Positions 63,239 through 64,000 of a stretch of DNA of 64,000 nucleotides are shown here, one piece after another. Each line of letters opens with the position of its first letter. Positions within the stretch are counted from its first letter, which is position 1. This stretch comes from an uncultured Pseudomonadales bacterium (GTDB lineage: Bacteria > Pseudomonadota > Alphaproteobacteria > UBA2136 > UBA6156), in assembly GCA_964601735.1 (NCBI GenBank), contig CAZROO010000006.1, positions 1,198 to 65,197 of the forward strand. The letters run 5' to 3'. The notes below the pieces were generated by a model. It was not told where the DNA came from and ran no database searches. It was given only the letters and a program-made list of their open reading frames with translations. The position numbers and the translations under genes are program-made.

Positions 63239-64000
63239 TTAAGCGGTCAGGATACCTCCGACGGTGGCGCGGCTCGCACCGGTGGTTTCCGGCACGCTCA
63301 ACGGCAAGCCGCGCAAGCGCCGCACCGCCAGCCAGGCAAAAGCCTCGGCTTCCATCGTTTGCGGGCGCAGGCCCCATTCCTCGCCCTGCACCACGTCCAA
63401 CCCGGCCCCGGCAAAAGCCTTCATCAAACTGGGGTTGCGGCTGCCACCGCCCACGGCGGCCATCGGGCCGGAAGCCTTCCATTCCTTCAGCAAGCCTTCC
63501 ACACCTGCCGCGGTAATCGCACCCAGCGTCGCCGCCGCGTCCTCGGTCGAGAGAGGCCGCATCAAATCCAGAATCCCATTAAACTCATAGCGGTCGGCAC
63601 TGCGCGGCAGCGGACGTTTCCAGAACCCCGTTTCGCGCAAGCTGCGCTCGACCAGCATGTCCTGCACGCGCCCCCTGGCGGCAAGTTCCCCGTCCTTGTC
63701 GAACGCCTGGCCGGTGCGCTGTTCGCATAAACTGTTCAACAGCCCCACGCCGGGGCCGGTGTCGCTGGCATAGATTTTCCCCTTCGCCTCAAACCACGTC
63801 AGGTTGGCGATGCCGCCGATGTTCAGAATCCCGCACGGCTTTTTGCGCTGGCCCAGCAGCGCGGCATGGAACAGCGGCACCAGCGGCGCCCCCTGCCCAC
63901 CCGCAGCCATGTCGCGACGCCTAAAATCCATCACGGTGGGCACGCTGGTTTTCTCGGCAATAAAGCTGGCGTCGCCCAGTTGCCAGGTCAGCCCCAGCGC
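63239..64000 (-). CDS. anmK: Anhydro-N-acetylmuramic acid kinase, 5' end beyond the window
   Basis: DFRRRDMAAGGQGAPLVPLFH, NIGGIANL, VGGGSRNPSLM and EAEAFAWLA align with E. coli AnmK. The frame stays open to nt 64000 (…TWQLGDASFIAEKTSVPTV). Confidence 0.85.
   Translation of the reverse strand, partial: ALGLTWQLGDASFIAEKTSVPTVMDFRRRDMAAGGQGAPLVPLFHAALLGQRKKPCGILNIGGIANLTWFEAKGKIYASDTGPGVGLLNSLCEQRTGQAFDKDGELAARGRVQDMLVERSLRETGFWKRPLPRSADRYEFNGILDLMRPLSTEDAAATLGAITAAGVEGLLKEWKASGPMAAVGGGSRNPSLMKAFAGAGLDVVQGEEWGLRPQTMEAEAFAWLAVRRLRGLPLSVPETTGASRATVGGILTA

Noticed and set aside
1-64000. Prophage, integrative element, defence island (RM, TA, CBASS, retron, DGR etc.), rRNA/tRNA genes.
   Set aside because: I found no integrase, transposase, reverse transcriptase, cas, methyltransferase/endonuclease pair, toxin-antitoxin-like small gene pair, or tRNA-like cloverleaf sequence by eye. 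A tRNAscan/Infernal/DefenseFinder-type scan would be needed to exclude them formally.

Overview
GC-rich 64 kb chromosomal window, almost entirely housekeeping genes. Gene content and local synteny suggest an alphaproteobacterium: ntrY-ntrX ... hfq-hflX, prfB ... mrcA-amidase ... rne, fabH-ihfA-merR, rpsB-tsf-pyrH, a HIG1-type twin-TM protein, DUF2155, and an NtrX lacking GAFTGA. I support about 57 CDS, including a textbook programmed +1 frameshift in prfB. I saw no rRNA, tRNA, CRISPR array, transposase, integrase or prophage, and no recognisable multi-gene defence or secretion island. All protein calls come from reading motifs in the supplied translations; no searches were run. Starts were re-picked by eye where the ORF track clearly over-extends. 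The unusual material is mostly non-coding or single-gene. (1) Intergenic 7-nt-periodic stutter arrays often pair with a complementary array to form long imperfect hairpins right at gene ends; this is my best candidate for something undescribed. (2) A covarying family of palindromic hairpin modules occurs solo, as three composite MITE-like elements, and as a perfect 29-bp inverted repeat bracketing a GIY-YIG ORF inserted between hfq and ntrX. (3) Two tandem GspG-like pseudopilin paralogs share an atypical N-terminus and have no secretion or pilus genes nearby. (4) A divergent MurA carries Asp at the fosfomycin-target Cys position and lies near a GH3-like protein with degenerate catalytic motifs. 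(5) Other oddities are an atypical Hfq, an EF-hand protein behind a sigma-54-like promoter, an orphan ABC permease pair, and small low-GC ORFan islets. I cannot claim a clear novel multi-gene system in this window.
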